From Eremomyces bilateralis CBS 781.70 (lineage: Eukaryota): 64,000 nt of DNA. Positions 11,911 to 23,936 of the stretch are shown one piece after another (position 1 is the first letter of the stretch; each line of letters opens with the position of its first letter). The notes beneath the pieces are model-generated. The model saw nothing but the letters and a program-made list of their open reading frames with translations. It ran no database searches and was not told where the DNA came from. The translations under genes were made by a program, and so were the position numbers. The stretch is taken from assembly GCA_010015585.1 (NCBI GenBank), contig ML975174.1; one strand, 5' to 3'.

Positions 11911-13584
11911 TGTAGGCGCTAGATTAAGGATCTAGCGTCCACAGTGTGGATGAGGTAAGCTTCAGCTGACGAACCAGGGGCGCGGATAAACTACTTCTGA
12001 CTGAATACAAGCATCTCACTGCCTCTGTCAGGTAACCTATTGCTTCCGTGATTGATTGATACGCCTAAACTATCAATACTTATGAACTTAATTTGCGTTG
12101 AAGTTCGATCTCTATATCAACTTTCCGATTGATCTCAACACGGACCGTTGTTCCGTAAAGCAACATCCCCTTCCGTCCCTTGACGCGTCCCGCGAGTCTC
12201 GATTCCTACATACGCCTAGGAACCGTCCTCCCATAACACCTTTCACTATGTCTTCCTCTACCGACTCCAATCACACGGTCACCATCAAGAACCCGTTGAA
12301 GGATATCGCCAATTGGATCGACTGGTATGAAGAGATCAAGAACTACGCCCAACGCATCAAAGTTTGGGACTACGTTAACCCAACCTTCGTCGAAATCCCT
12401 GCCTCTGAAGGAAAGGAAGCGGTAACGCAACCTATCCATGAGTCTCCTACTCCTCCTCGTTGCCCAGCCGCAAACGAGACGATTCCCAACTTAAAATGGC
12501 TCTGGAAATCCTTCGACTACGAGAAAAGGGAGTACGATCTCCGTGAGGCTGAACTCAGGAACCTCACGAACGCTATCACCGCTTCCGTCAGTGGTGATAT
12601 GACCCGATATATCAAGGACAAATACCTTGCCAAGGACATGTTGGAGTCGCTCCATCGTTACGCGGCTCCACAGTCCGACCAATCAGCGCCTCACCTGGAA
12701 GAAGAGTTCAACCGTTCGAAGAAGGGCAAATACCTTGCCATGGATATGTTGGAGTCACTCCACCGTTACGCGGCTCCACAGTCGATCCAATTGGCGTCTC
12801 ACCTTGAAGAAGAGCTCAACCGTTTGAAGAAGGGCAAGAAGGACCGGAATCAGTCTAATCTAGACTATGCCCATGATTGGCTTAGGTTACAAGAGAAGAT
12901 TAAGTCTGTCCGTGATCTTGTTGATCATCTCACTGACCGTTATATTTGCCGCGCTTTTATAGCCGCAGCTAATTCTATTGAGAGGGGATTTCGGCTACTT
13001 GTCTTTGACCGCATCGCTGGAAATCTGCTCAGCCCTACTCTTGCCGACCTTCCTACACTTGTCGATTGGTTTCTCAACTTTGGAAGCTTTATCAATAGCC
13101 AAGACTCTGTACAGAAGTTCGCTAAAACAACCCTCGGAGCTGCCGAACGGCAACCGCAAAGAGAACAACGTAATGCGAAGGGTCCATTCAAAGACTGCAT
13201 CTGTGGAGTGAAGCATTGGTTTGGGGAATGCCCTCACGTCAATTCGTCTAGGCGATCCAAGGATCATTGCGAAGACCCTGCTATTATCGAACGATTTAAG
13301 AGGCTCCCTCCAAGACCGCTTGAGAAAATCTATAAGCAACTCCAACACGACAAGGTCACGGCACCGGCATGGCTTCCTCCTAATCCAAGTGCCTAGCTCG
13401 TCGTTCCTCCGGCACTGCAGATTCCAATGGAGGCGAGCACCATCATTATCGCGTCAACCGAACGCCGGTCTTATGCCCCTAATCGATTCATCTTCGATTC
13501 TGGCGCAAACGTCCATGTCTGCCACGATTTCCACCTGATCGGTCATCCACAACTGGTACCCTTCGTGCAGCCGGGATCATACTG
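11911..13584 (+). mobile_element. Truncated Ty1/copia-like LTR retrotransposon (gag plus start of protease)
   Basis: Gag-like ORF (MSSSTD at ~12248; NWIDWYEEIKNYA..VWDYVNP; knuckle CICGVKHWFGEC). After a single in-frame TAG (13394-13396) comes the copia protease motif FIFDSGANVHVCHD. A degenerate PBS-like CTTATGAAC lies near 12079. Boundaries are approximate. Confidence 0.75.
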
Positions 13585-13912
13585 AATTTCGCGATCATCA
13601 GATCCACAGGACTTTACCAACCAGACTAATCGAATCTGGACTTAATGAAAACTCGCCACTTCGACTTGTCGAAGCCAACAATTGTGGTTTCGACGCAAGT
13701 ACAATCTCCTATACCACTTGAGAGGGTCACAACTATAGCATCTTCGAGGTATTTTAGATTCCTATTGATCATATAGGATTAGCATGGTACCAGCAACATA
13801 TAGAGCCCTGATTCACGAAAGGCGTCATTCCATTTCAGGTGCTGGATTGTTGCAGTACCAATATATTTCTATGTCGCAAGCAGGGACCGGAAAGTAACCA
13901 TGTTGCTCTACC

Positions 13913-15626
13913 TCACAGTGTATATTTGAAAAAGGGGCTCTTGTCCCCATCGTCCTTTGTCTCCTCGTGGAACCTCTCCAACTCTGCTGGAGACAGTGAT
14001 TTGAGGGACTTAGCATCCTTCCTATTAGCCGAGACGAGAACGAACAGGTTGGTGATTGTTGTCAAGATACCAACGGAGAAAATGCTCGCGAGAACAAGAT
14101 ATGCAGAGCGGAATTCGGGAGACTCTCCGCTGAGGAAGATGTTCGAGCCAACCACACCACCAATGAGATTACCCAAGGTAAACTCCAGCGCCATACCAAT
14201 AGATCGTTTCCATTGACCAGCGAGATTGTTCGAAATCCAGCAGACGATGCCTGGCACTGTAGGAAACAACCCACTGGCCACCAGGAACATAGCAAAGTAG
14301 ATAACACCCGGCTTTTCGGTTGGCGAAACCGTTAGACATATGATGAATCCACACAGGCCAAGAAGGAACGGTATAATGATTGACTGGAAGCGTCTTTGGA
14401 GCTTGTCGGCGACGACGGCGTTGACAACGCAAACAACGCACGCGAAGGCGTAGATAGGAACCGTCAGGAGCTGTGCATTTGCGGCCGAGTATCCAAGGAG
14501 CTTAATGGTTGTTGGAAGACTATATGAGAGCGAGTATGTCCCCGTGCAACAAGTAGTGAACAGTATCTGAGCAAAGCATTGTCAGAGATCGATGTTCTGT
14601 CGACATGTCAGACGAGACTTACACAGCCAAGGTAGACCTTAAGGTCCAGGAAAGCTTGTTTCAGATACTTCGGTTTGTATCGCGTCTCAGTGTAGCCACG
14701 TTCATGGCCGTCAAACTGGAGCCGCAACTGCACGAACCTCTTCTCCTCGTCCGTAAGCCATCCGACGGCGTCAGGGGCATCGCAGATGAATGGAATGGAG
14801 ACCAAAGCGACGACAATGGTCAAGAGGCCTTCGAGGATGAAAAGCCATCGCCAGCCACCGTATCCACGGATTCCTGTAGCCTGTCAGGATTTGCCATTTC
14901 TGGTTGACGACAAGGTCACCATACCCTCCATGAAACCAATTCCGTACGCGAGAAGACCCGAAAAGGATCCCGCAAGACTGGCAGCAGTGTAGAACAGGGC
15001 GATGCGGAACTGGAGCTCCTTGCGAAGGTACCATGTAGAGCAAAGATACGTCGCGCCAGGAAAGAGCCCAGCTTCGGCAACGCCCAAGAAGAACCGTGCA
15101 GAGAGGAGGCCAGCGTAGTTGTGCACCCATCCCATGCACATCATCCTAGTACCGGGTTAGACTCGCTTGGAACGGAGAAGAAACCGCTTGGCTTACACAA
15201 GACCCCACGATGCCATGAGAAAAGGCAGCCAGAAAGAAGGTTTCGTAAACTTGAGAGCCAGGTTGCTTGGAACCTCAAAGAGACCATAGGGGATGAAGAA
15301 GATGGTCAAGCAGCTGCGCTCATTAGCATTGTCACGGCTATCAGACGCAAGGTTCCGAGTTACAGATTGTATTGAGTGGGAGTCATCTGGAGGTCTCTTT
15401 CAAGCCCCTGGAGCCTTGCATTGCCCATGTTGGACCTGTCCATGAATGATAAGAGGTAAAAGACTGTAAGCAAAGGCAAGAGGCGCCAATCGATTTTTCG
15501 CAGCAGTTCTTTCTGGCGTTTGGCATCAAATCTAGTAAGGAGTTCCGTATACTCTTCGTGGTCCGAAGAGATGGCGACGTTTTCCTGGCGATCCTCAAAG
15601 CCTTTCTCAACGGAAATTTCGGTCAT
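13913..15626 (-). CDS. MFS transporter, anion:cation symporter (Dal5/Tna1 allantoate/nicotinate permease) family, multi-exon
   Basis: LLRKIDWRLLPLLTVFYLLSFMDRSNMGNARLQG, RFFLGVAEAGLFPG..Y..STWY...ELQFRIALFY, GYGGWRWLFILEG and C-terminal GDKSPFFKYTL. GT-AG introns are present. Confidence 0.93.
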
Positions 15627-15804
15627 GATGGGCGAAATGAAGGAAGCGCAAGAGATTTTTCAGTCCAGTGAATGACCCATTTCTAAAAGAGTACAAGATT
15701 TGACTATATACCTGCACTCAACTCTCCACACTATGCTAAGGGAGGCATTACCCCGTGTTCAGCCACCCCCGCATGAAATTCCACAATCCGGGGTGGCCCA
15801 AAAT

Positions 15805-15821
15805 CGGGAAATCGAGGTCCG
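15805..15821. promoter_or_regulatory. Zn2Cys6 (Gal4-type) site CGG-N11-CCG near the MFS gene start
   Basis: CGGGAAATCGAGGTCCG. Confidence 0.6.
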
Positions 15822-16205
15822 AAAATTACGAAGTAGAGAATATTTTTAAAGACAGCTTTCTACGGCGAAGTAACTGTCATATCGTTGTTGGCTACACACT
15901 CCGAGGCATAGGATCCACTTCAAGGTCTAAATGTACATTTTCCCAGACTTGTTTACAACCAAAACCCACATCTTCGTCGCTAGTGGACCTTAGGCTCAGC
16001 CTCGGTATGGGAGATACGAGCTACTATCTTCACTAAGCTAATGAAATGACCAGCACAAAATATGCTTCGTCAAACTCTTCATGCAGATCTAAATGTAGAC
16101 TATCGGAGATACTTGATATCGGCATGGCAGGGCATAAAATCGGATTGCAACAATGCCCCGATAGTTGGAAAATTTGAGCTTAGGGAATTATCATTGTAGA
16201 TAAAT

Positions 16206-16467
16206 CGGGAGAGATCGTCCCGTCCTCTTCAAACTCCAGTACACTACCAACTACCACTCTAAAAAACAATGACTATCATGTCGGCGCTGAGCCATGGTTT
16301 GGGATTTGAACGGGAGGACTACTCCCATGGCGTATGACCGTTCGGAGGATGAGTCGCCGATAGCCCCTATTGTTCCGAGTGCAGCAATAGATGGCGGGGC
16401 GTTAGATGCCGAAATCAGTCTTACCTATACGAAGTGGAAAAAGTGGGTTCCGGAGCATAACACGCCG
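16206..16467. promoter_or_regulatory. Four CGG-N11-CCG sites in the divergent MFS/carrier promoter
   Basis: 16206 CGGGAGAGATCGTCCCG; 16343 CGGAGGATGAGTCGCCG; 16395 CGGGGCGTTAGATGCCG; 16451 CGGAGCATAACACGCCG. Confidence 0.7.
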
Positions 16468-16763
16468 AATGACACTAGCCGTGTCATGCATAGGTGTGGG
16501 CGCTAAACCTAGACTAGTAGAACGGCCTCAAACTTTAAATTTGAATCATAGGTCGACGGAGCATTTCTTTGCAAAGAAAATGAGAATAATATTGATACTA
16601 TGAATGTCTCAAACTGACACAACCTGCTGAGCGGAGCGCTTGACTCCAATCACATTTCATCAAAGGTAAATGGAGTATATTAAATCGAATCACTCGTCGA
16701 TATCATCTTTGAAAGTGACCTAAGTATATTCAACTGGGCCGTTATAATTCGAGGCCGACTACT

Positions 16764-17830
16764 ATGGATCAGTTAGTGCACGGCGCTGCTGCCGAGCATT
16801 GTAATACTATCCAGCTACAAGCTGAAGAGGTACCGCGGATTTACCAACGAGGCATACGGTTAGATATTGACACTATGAGCTAGACAAAACAGCAGAAAAA
16901 GGCTAAGACTTCTTCACCCGCTGTAGCCTTTGCGTCAGGTGCTATTGCAGGAGGTGTAGAATGCTTCGTCACAGTACGCCCTCGAGCAAGCAACTACAAC
17001 TTTAAGAAGTGCTGACCGCTACCTAGTATCCCTTCGAATTCACAAAGACAAGCGTCCAGCTACGTGGCGGCAATGTATCCAAGAATCCCTTCGTGGTCGC
17101 CCATCGCATCGTGCGAACGCAGGGCGTCAGCGCCTTATACACGGGATGTAATGCTCTCGTGACGGGCACCATGGCCAAGTGCGGCGTGCGCTTCTTCGTC
17201 TACGATGGCCTTAAAGAGCAGTTAGCATCATCGTACCTGAAATGTTCCAACTTGCTCCAAGGGGTCGTGGCGGGCATGGGCGCCGGCATTGCCGAAAGCG
17301 TCCTGGTGGTCACTCCCATCGAGCGCATCAAGACCGCACTTATCGACGATGCAAAATCCGGCAAAAAGCAGCTGGGTGGCGGCTTGCACGCCATGCAGGT
17401 CATTGTTCGGACGCGGGGCATCGCAGACTTGTACAAAGGCCTGATGCCAACCATGCTGAAGCAGGCAATGACATCGGGCGTACGGATGGGGAGCTACAAT
17501 ATACTGAAGGAGCTGGGTAGGAAGTTTAAGCTTAACGATGGTTCGGTGACGATATTCATGACTGGCGCACTTGCTGGCACTATTACGGTGTATGCGACTC
17601 AGCCGTTTGACTCGATCAAGACTCGGTCCCAGGCGCTGACATCTATGAGTATGAGAAGCGCAACGAGAAGTATCATCCTAGAATATGGCATGCGTGGTCT
17701 TTGGCAAGGTAGCACAATGCGGCTCGGGAGATTGCTGTTTAGCGGTGGTATTGTGTTCACAGTGTATGAGAAGTCAGTGCAGATCATTGAGTCGCGACTC
17801 CACTTAGAGGCGCAACACCAGATAAAATAG
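16764..17830 (+). CDS. Mitochondrial carrier, citrate/tricarboxylate transporter (CTP1-like), 3 exons
   Basis: Spliced start MDQLV...AFASGAIAGGVECFVT|YPFEFTKTSVQL. Three carrier signatures: PFEFTK, PIERIK and PFDSIK. KCGVRF, KQAMTSGVRM and RLGRLLFSGGIVFTVYE are typical of citrate carriers. Confidence 0.88.
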
Positions 17831-18177
17831 AATTGCAAAATTTTGGCCCTGCCTAGCCAGTGTTGCGAAGAATCAAGAAATCGCCGAGTTAGGGCCACTC
17901 CAGCTAGGTATATACCTGGGTAAAATAAATCTGGCTGGTGAGATTTCTCCTTCCTGCTAGTAACGGTGGAAATTAATTGCTTAACTGGGCCTAGCGCGCA
18001 ATTTCCTTCGGCTTCGCCTAGGGACAACTTCAATTATCAATGTTCAACAGTTCAATCTATTCCTTCTCTCACAGACCTCAAAATGTTGGAGACAAATCTC
18101 ACCAGCCAAATCCCAAAAACGGGTGGGAAAACCTCACCAGCCATTCTAGTATCCATGTGCCTAACCAATGTGTAATA

Positions 18178-20050
18178 AGTCGGCCGCCCCCCTTGTCGGC
18201 CACCTCATCAAGAATTCAATTGACAACGTACAGGTAGACAGATTTATCAATATGAACTCTCTACATACATTTTTGCCTAATTAAATTTGAAATTCATAAA
18301 GAAATGACTCGTAAGTAGCCTTCGAAAAAATTTCAGCCTGACAGCCTCTTCTTGAGCATTGAAGATCGGGTTTAGAGGCGCCTTGTTCGGCAGTCTTGCC
18401 CGCTCAGTCTCTTTGGCTGTCTCATCCATCTTCGCAACGATTTGCTCAATATTAGCAAATCTTTCGTTCTGATCTACAGGTATTCTCTTTCGCCTTTTCG
18501 TGTGTGCCCCACCCATATCTTCAATGGTTTTGTTGAGGCGTTGAACCTCAGCTCTAAGGGCGGCGATTTCGGCGTTCTTTTCCCCAAGTCCCTTTGCAAT
18601 CTTCCCTTTCCACCCCCGGAACCCCCTTTCCGTCAGTTCTTCGAATTTTTGGTCCGGAACGTCTTTCGGGCCTTTGGTAGTATGGAAAATAGGTATATCA
18701 ATTGGTTCAGGTGTAGTGGGACGTGCAATGGTGGTAGAAGAATGGTTGGTGTTTAACTGGGAGCTATGTAATACTTTATATTTATTGAAGGGGTACATTC
18801 CGGTGGCACGAAATCCTGCACGAATATTCTGTGCAGTCAAGCCTTCTACTCTTGCTTTACTATATATCAATAAAATTATGCTTCTTAATAGGGGTATTAT
18901 CGTCAAGGGAACTTAGGAGGGACAGTGCTTGTCGATACTTGGTCTTCAGAGGGGAGAAACATGCGACGTCAAGAGGCTGGAGTATATGTGAGCAATGAGA
19001 AGGGAGGAGAAGGAGGAAGACGCGGTTACCTTTACAGGTCTTCATGATCTCAATGGTAGCATGAGATCCGTGGCCATCGCATGCTAGTAAACGCCACTCA
19101 TCGTGTCCGTTACTGTCAGGAATGGTTTCAGGCCTCAGGGAGGAACTTCTTCTCCAGCCATTTAAGGCCAATCTCGTTAGAAGTCCACGCATTCTCTGAT
19201 GTCGTGAAGTGCAATCGGTCAGGTCCTTGATTGAAGAAGGGAACCACGTAGTCTGGAGGTTTTGGCATTTGAAGATGATAAGGGGAGAGACTTTTCGACC
19301 TTCCGCGGAAACTGCCTCGATAATGGAAACCCATTCGCGATCACCAGGGAATTTAACGTAGGTACGTTTGCGTTTTCCGTTCGTTGAGGCCCCTATAACT
19401 CTCCCATTCGTTCCTATACCAAGCATTATCCCGTGTTCATCGAAATTGCACCTATTCGCGGGCTTGGTCTTGTACTGGTCGCAGATCTTCTTGTATAGGT
19501 CCAGGAATTCCGAGATGACCTCTTTTGTTGCGCCATTTGCTCGAGGCGCTTCGAGAGCCGTTCTGACCATAGAGTTTACCTGCGGGTTACGACGAAGGAA
19601 GCCTTGAGTCCAATGTTGACCGCAAGGGGTCGTATCCCCATTTTCCCGGGCAATGCATTCTGCCATTTGGACCACTCTTGCGTGAGAAGGGGCCCGATTG
19701 GCGCGGTCTTCTTCGATAATCCATTCCGCAAGGTATCTCTCTTGAACAGGGGATAGATTCTGTGTAATCTGGGCGCTCTCTTTGCGAGTTGGACGGCCTG
19801 CGAGTCTACTCTGAAGTGTAGACCTTGGGATTTGATATAGCTCCGAAACCTTGCGCAAAGAGGGGATTTTCCGGGTCGGAAAATCATCTAGAGCACTTTG
19901 CAGAGCCTCTTCTGTATATTCAGGCATTTTGGCAAGAACAATAGTCCTTGCATTGATTGTTTCATTGATTCAAAACTATCTACAGATCTACGTACAACCC
20001 GATTTAGGGTGGCTGACAAGGGGGGTGGCCGACAAGGGGGTCTGCTGACT
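18178..20050 (-). mobile_element. Pogo/Fot1 DNA transposon, full length (~1.87 kb) with a frameshifted transposase
   Basis: Imperfect TIRs (AGTCGGCCGCCCCCCTTGTCGGCCACC at left; GGTGGCCGACAAGGGGGTCTGCTGACT at right) flanked by TA. Transposase runs 19927 to 18277 (NFDEHG, DGHGSH, SHILQPLDVACF), split over three frames. Confidence 0.93.
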
Positions 20051-20738
20051 TAATATGGGGGATGAAGATCTATTTTGGGATTTCGGGGCTGCTGCCAGGA
20101 ACAGTGGGGGGGGAGAGGCTGTGGTTTGTTGGATGTTGGTTGGTGTTGATTGGTCCAATTCTTCAAACATCCCATTTTCAACTTCTCGGCTTCTTCGACG
20201 GAAACACCAACTTCTCTTGACTTTTTAGTATCGAATCATCTTCCTATTTTGGATCAAGAGATGGATATGCCTGAATTGTTACCAACCCAGGAATAGAATT
20301 AAACCTTGAGCAGATCGAACACGGCCCCAATTTCTCGGATCATTCAACAGCCGAGATACAGGTTATGGCTGTACTTGCACTGCCTTTGTACGTTCTAGAC
20401 TTTAATTAAAGATTAAAGTTTAAGCTCGGAAAATAAGCATACTTTGGCCCCATGTGGACTCTTATAGAGTGGCGCTGTCATACTACCGCCTGCTTATTTC
20501 TATCTTAGAATTCAGTGTCGAACATAGCACAAGCGCGGAGACGGCCTTGTGCCTGACGATCCGCCTGGTATAGTGAGATTGGATGACATCTCAGACAAGA
20601 CAGTGAGCTATATAAGAGTGCTCTCTCTACGTCTAGATGGTTTGAATTCATTATCACTAAGTAGATCTACCAGATACAAGACATTCACCAGTCTTCTCTC
20701 ACTCATCTACTCTTACAACTCTATAATCAGTCAATAAT

Positions 20739-21533
20739 ATGTCTTTTACCATCATTAAACTCCTCATCGCTGCACTTGCAGCTAGTGCGACTGCCGCTCC
20801 GCAACCAATCGGTCTTCGACAACCCCGTTCTGCCTCCGGAATCTCCCCTATCCCTCCAGCGCCTTCAGTCGACTTCACCAAGCTCCTAACACAACCAACT
20901 CTTGTCGATCGCTTCAAGCAACTTGTCACTCGGGACGGCAAACTTCTTCCTGAGGACGAACTACGTAGCGTCGTTTCTTTCGATTTTAACACTCCTCTAC
21001 CTGCACCAGAAGGGAAGGGAGGTGCCGTCAACCTCGCCAATACCAAGAACTGGCCCATTCTCGCCGAATCGGGACTTGCTGTTACTGTTGGCTTCCTCGG
21101 TCCTTGTGGCATCAACACTCCTCATGTCCATCCACGAGCTACCGAACTTCTTACCGTCGCCAGTGGTAGTGAGGTAGACTTCGGTTATATCCTTGAGAAC
21201 GGACTTGTCGATCCCGGTGAAAAATCGGAAATCGCTGGCAAACTTGGTCCACTTCAAGCCACTTTGTTTCCTATGGGTAGCATCCACTTTGAAGTCAATC
21301 CAACCTGTGATGATGCTACTTTCATTTCTGCCCTCAACAATGACGATCCCGGTGTATCTCAGGTTGCACAGAACTTTTTCGGTTTGGATGGCGAGACAAT
21401 CGAGGCTGTTCTCGGTTTCCCGGAACAATTCGATGGAGACCGTATTGAAGAATTCCGCAGCAAGATTCCTGCCAATGTTGCCCGTGGCATTGAGCAATGT
21501 TTGGAGCACTGCAAGATTCCCAAGAGGAAGTAA
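20739..21533 (+). CDS. Secreted germin/spherulin-1-like cupin protein
   Basis: Signal peptide MSFTIIKLLIAALAASATA, germin box GINTPHVHPRATE and FPMGSIHFEVN. Intronless, 264 aa. Confidence 0.9.
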   Translation: MSFTIIKLLIAALAASATAAPQPIGLRQPRSASGISPIPPAPSVDFTKLLTQPTLVDRFKQLVTRDGKLLPEDELRSVVSFDFNTPLPAPEGKGGAVNLANTKNWPILAESGLAVTVGFLGPCGINTPHVHPRATELLTVASGSEVDFGYILENGLVDPGEKSEIAGKLGPLQATLFPMGSIHFEVNPTCDDATFISALNNDDPGVSQVAQNFFGLDGETIEAVLGFPEQFDGDRIEEFRSKIPANVARGIEQCLEHCKIPKRK

Positions 21534-22177
21534 TGCCACCGTGTGAGAAGATCTTGATTTTTGGAGCATCATGTCCCTATTAGCGAGCATCGTCCCGGCG
21601 TTCCAATTTCGATGGGTTTTTGTTTATTTACCGAGTCATTTACAACTGTATTTACTAGAGTCCGGAGTCTAAGCTCTCTATTAAAATATCTTTTCAATTT
21701 TAGAGAATTCCGTCCACTTTTCTCATTTCTGTCCTGTGTACAACATTACAAGTCAGATTCTATGTAACTACGTACATATGAACTGACCAATATGGTAGTT
21801 AGAGGAAACCCGACAGAATTGGTAGGTGGCCGAGGCACGCCAAGGCTTTAAACCCTCACATAATATATCCTGTCTGCTCTGCTCAGTACAACGACCCGCA
21901 GTGCCATCGTCTTCATTTCAACGACAGGCAGTTGATCAATGCTCAATATTACCACTTTCTATGTCAACGCCTCCATCTTCCACCTCGCACTCATTGTCGC
22001 GTAAATTCTGTACCAGGTCCACGAAGTGTGCTGGACTACACTATGACTATACCTTGGATCGTGGCCGGCCTTGCCAGGTACTTCCTCCTGAACTCGTTGG
22101 AACCACCTTGTCAAAATCATCGCTCAAGAAAGCATCACCTCAAGACTGAAACAGAGTCCGCTCTCTACTTGACGATC

Positions 22178-23206
22178 ATGGCCATTCTCAGAGGCCGCAA
22201 GTTTCCACGTGGGCCAGCATCTGTTCCCAACTATGGTGCCCAGAGTCACCCTCCCCCCCTCCGGATCACAACAGATGAAGATGGTACGGAGATCGTCGAG
22301 GAAATGCCGCTGGCATCCTCTAATGAACCTTCTCGGCCGTACGAGGACTTCAAATCCCACTTCCTTGGACACGTTTATCCATCGATTGACTCGCTCCGGA
22401 TCCGATGGCCCGTTTTTGGTGAACTGAGCGACATTCTAGTTGTTGACGACGCTACGGATCCTTTTGCCCCAACTAAGCCCTTCCAGCTCCCCGATAGCAG
22501 CCTACATCCGGTCGCAAACCCTCGTGTTTCAGATATTAGCTCCATCAAAGTTGGCATCGACTGCCTTGGCGAATTAAGTTCTTACACTTTCAGAGAATGT
22601 GAATGCGAAGATATTGAGAATGACGATGGAACTGTTCAGAAAGATTGCCATTGTGGGATATATTACCGCAAGCCTGATCCTGTTCTGGTTGTTGGAGATA
22701 ACGAGGGGAGCGCTATCGCGATGGAAAATCTCATCCTCACACTATGTCACAGAATATCTGTGTTTCTTGGCGTTTCCCCACGGCTTCATTCCGCATTCGA
22801 TTCTATACCCCTATTCTTTCCCTTTTTAGGGAAAAGATCACCATTGTAAACCATATAAAATAGCTGCAGGAACAGCCTGTTTTCGTAGGATCCGGCTTTT
22901 CAGGATCAAGTTGAATCTATCTACGCTCTTTTGGAATCTAACGGAGTTTTCCCACCGTGTCGCTGCATTAATCACCTGATTGAGCGAAACCGCTATTTAT
23001 CTCACACATTACACCCATATATAAATTCGTTCAAGGACGACATTCTCCGGGCAAAATCATATTATTCCCCCTCTCCGCTGCCACCGGATACGCAGTTTTT
23101 GCGACATCAGCCTTTCCCGGGCCTTTTGTATATTTTATCGAGGACTATGGGCCGGAGGATAACCAATTTATATGGGAAAAGAATGCTCATATGGCTGCTA
23201 ATTTGA
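22178..23206 (+). pseudogene. Fungal hypothetical protein gene disrupted by a solo-LTR insertion
   Basis: MAILRGRKF...ENLILTL continues in frame as HPYINSFKDDILRAK... once 22745-23011 is removed. Confidence 0.65.
22745..23006. mobile_element. Solo LTR with a near-perfect 5-bp TSD
   Basis: TG...CA termini (TGTCACA...TCTCACA), flanked by CACTA (22740-22744) and CATTA (23007-23011). Excision restores the reading frame. Confidence 0.72.
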
Positions 23207-23408
23207 GAAACACTTCTATGGCATCAAGGAGATAGGACACTGTGGTCCTAAATAAGGGACATAGATCAAGCAGCGTAATTCTGCATGGGAAGAACGGGGT
23301 GGGATTCATTTTTGTCTGTGTCATTGCTCACTCATTTTGTTAGGTATTCTAGTTAATAATAGTAAAAGAGACGACAGCAAGTTGACCGCTGTTTTTGGTG
23401 GCTCCCTC

Positions 23409-23645
23409 TGTCGCAAGATGCCCCTGTTGGTTTCTACTGCCCTCTACCCCTGGGCTAGGCCTAATTAGGACTCCTCAGTCTTCTCCTAGTTATGTATTTA
23501 AGTTATCTTCATCTGGCTTACTGGCTAGACCACCTTTTCTAGGCAATGGGAATCGTTAATACCAATTTGCGTTATGACTACAGTAACTGAGCTTCAGGCC
23601 TTCAGCAGCGATCGTGCTTAATCATCACCCCGGCGAAATGCGACA
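23409..23645. mobile_element. Probable solo LTR (237 bp)
   Basis: Perfect 7-bp inverted termini TGTCGCA...TGCGACA, with a partial second copy at 4307-4424. Flanks CCCTC/CGTGC do not form a clear TSD. Confidence 0.65.
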
Positions 23646-23936
23646 CGTGCAGTCGCGGACCAACGCCAAGATCTACGATATCAACAACCCCGCGCATCGG
23701 CTATCCGTACATGTACCGATGAAGCGCCCTCTTAGCGGGAGTCGTCAAGACTCCTGGTAACAAGGTTGCTAAGGCTCACAGAATTTTAGCAGTCTCTTTT
23801 GTATACCGTACAGTATGTCGGTGGCGGACTATGTTATCCCAGTACCTAGGTCGAAGACCGCAGCCCAAACTTTTTCATTCTGTATCTCCTTAAGTCAGAG
23901 TTCTATTCCATTTGGCAGACATAAGACGACGTTGTC

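Noticed and set aside
11911..12069. TGTAGGCG...CGCCTAAA imperfect inverted termini as a separate solo LTR
   Set aside because: No CA end, TSD or second copy, so it was used only as the approximate left edge of the copia remnant.
20739..21533. Cupin as a member of the catabolic cluster
   Set aside because: It is a secreted germin/spherulin type, has no CGG-N11-CCG upstream (only an N12 near 20337) and is flanked by TE debris.
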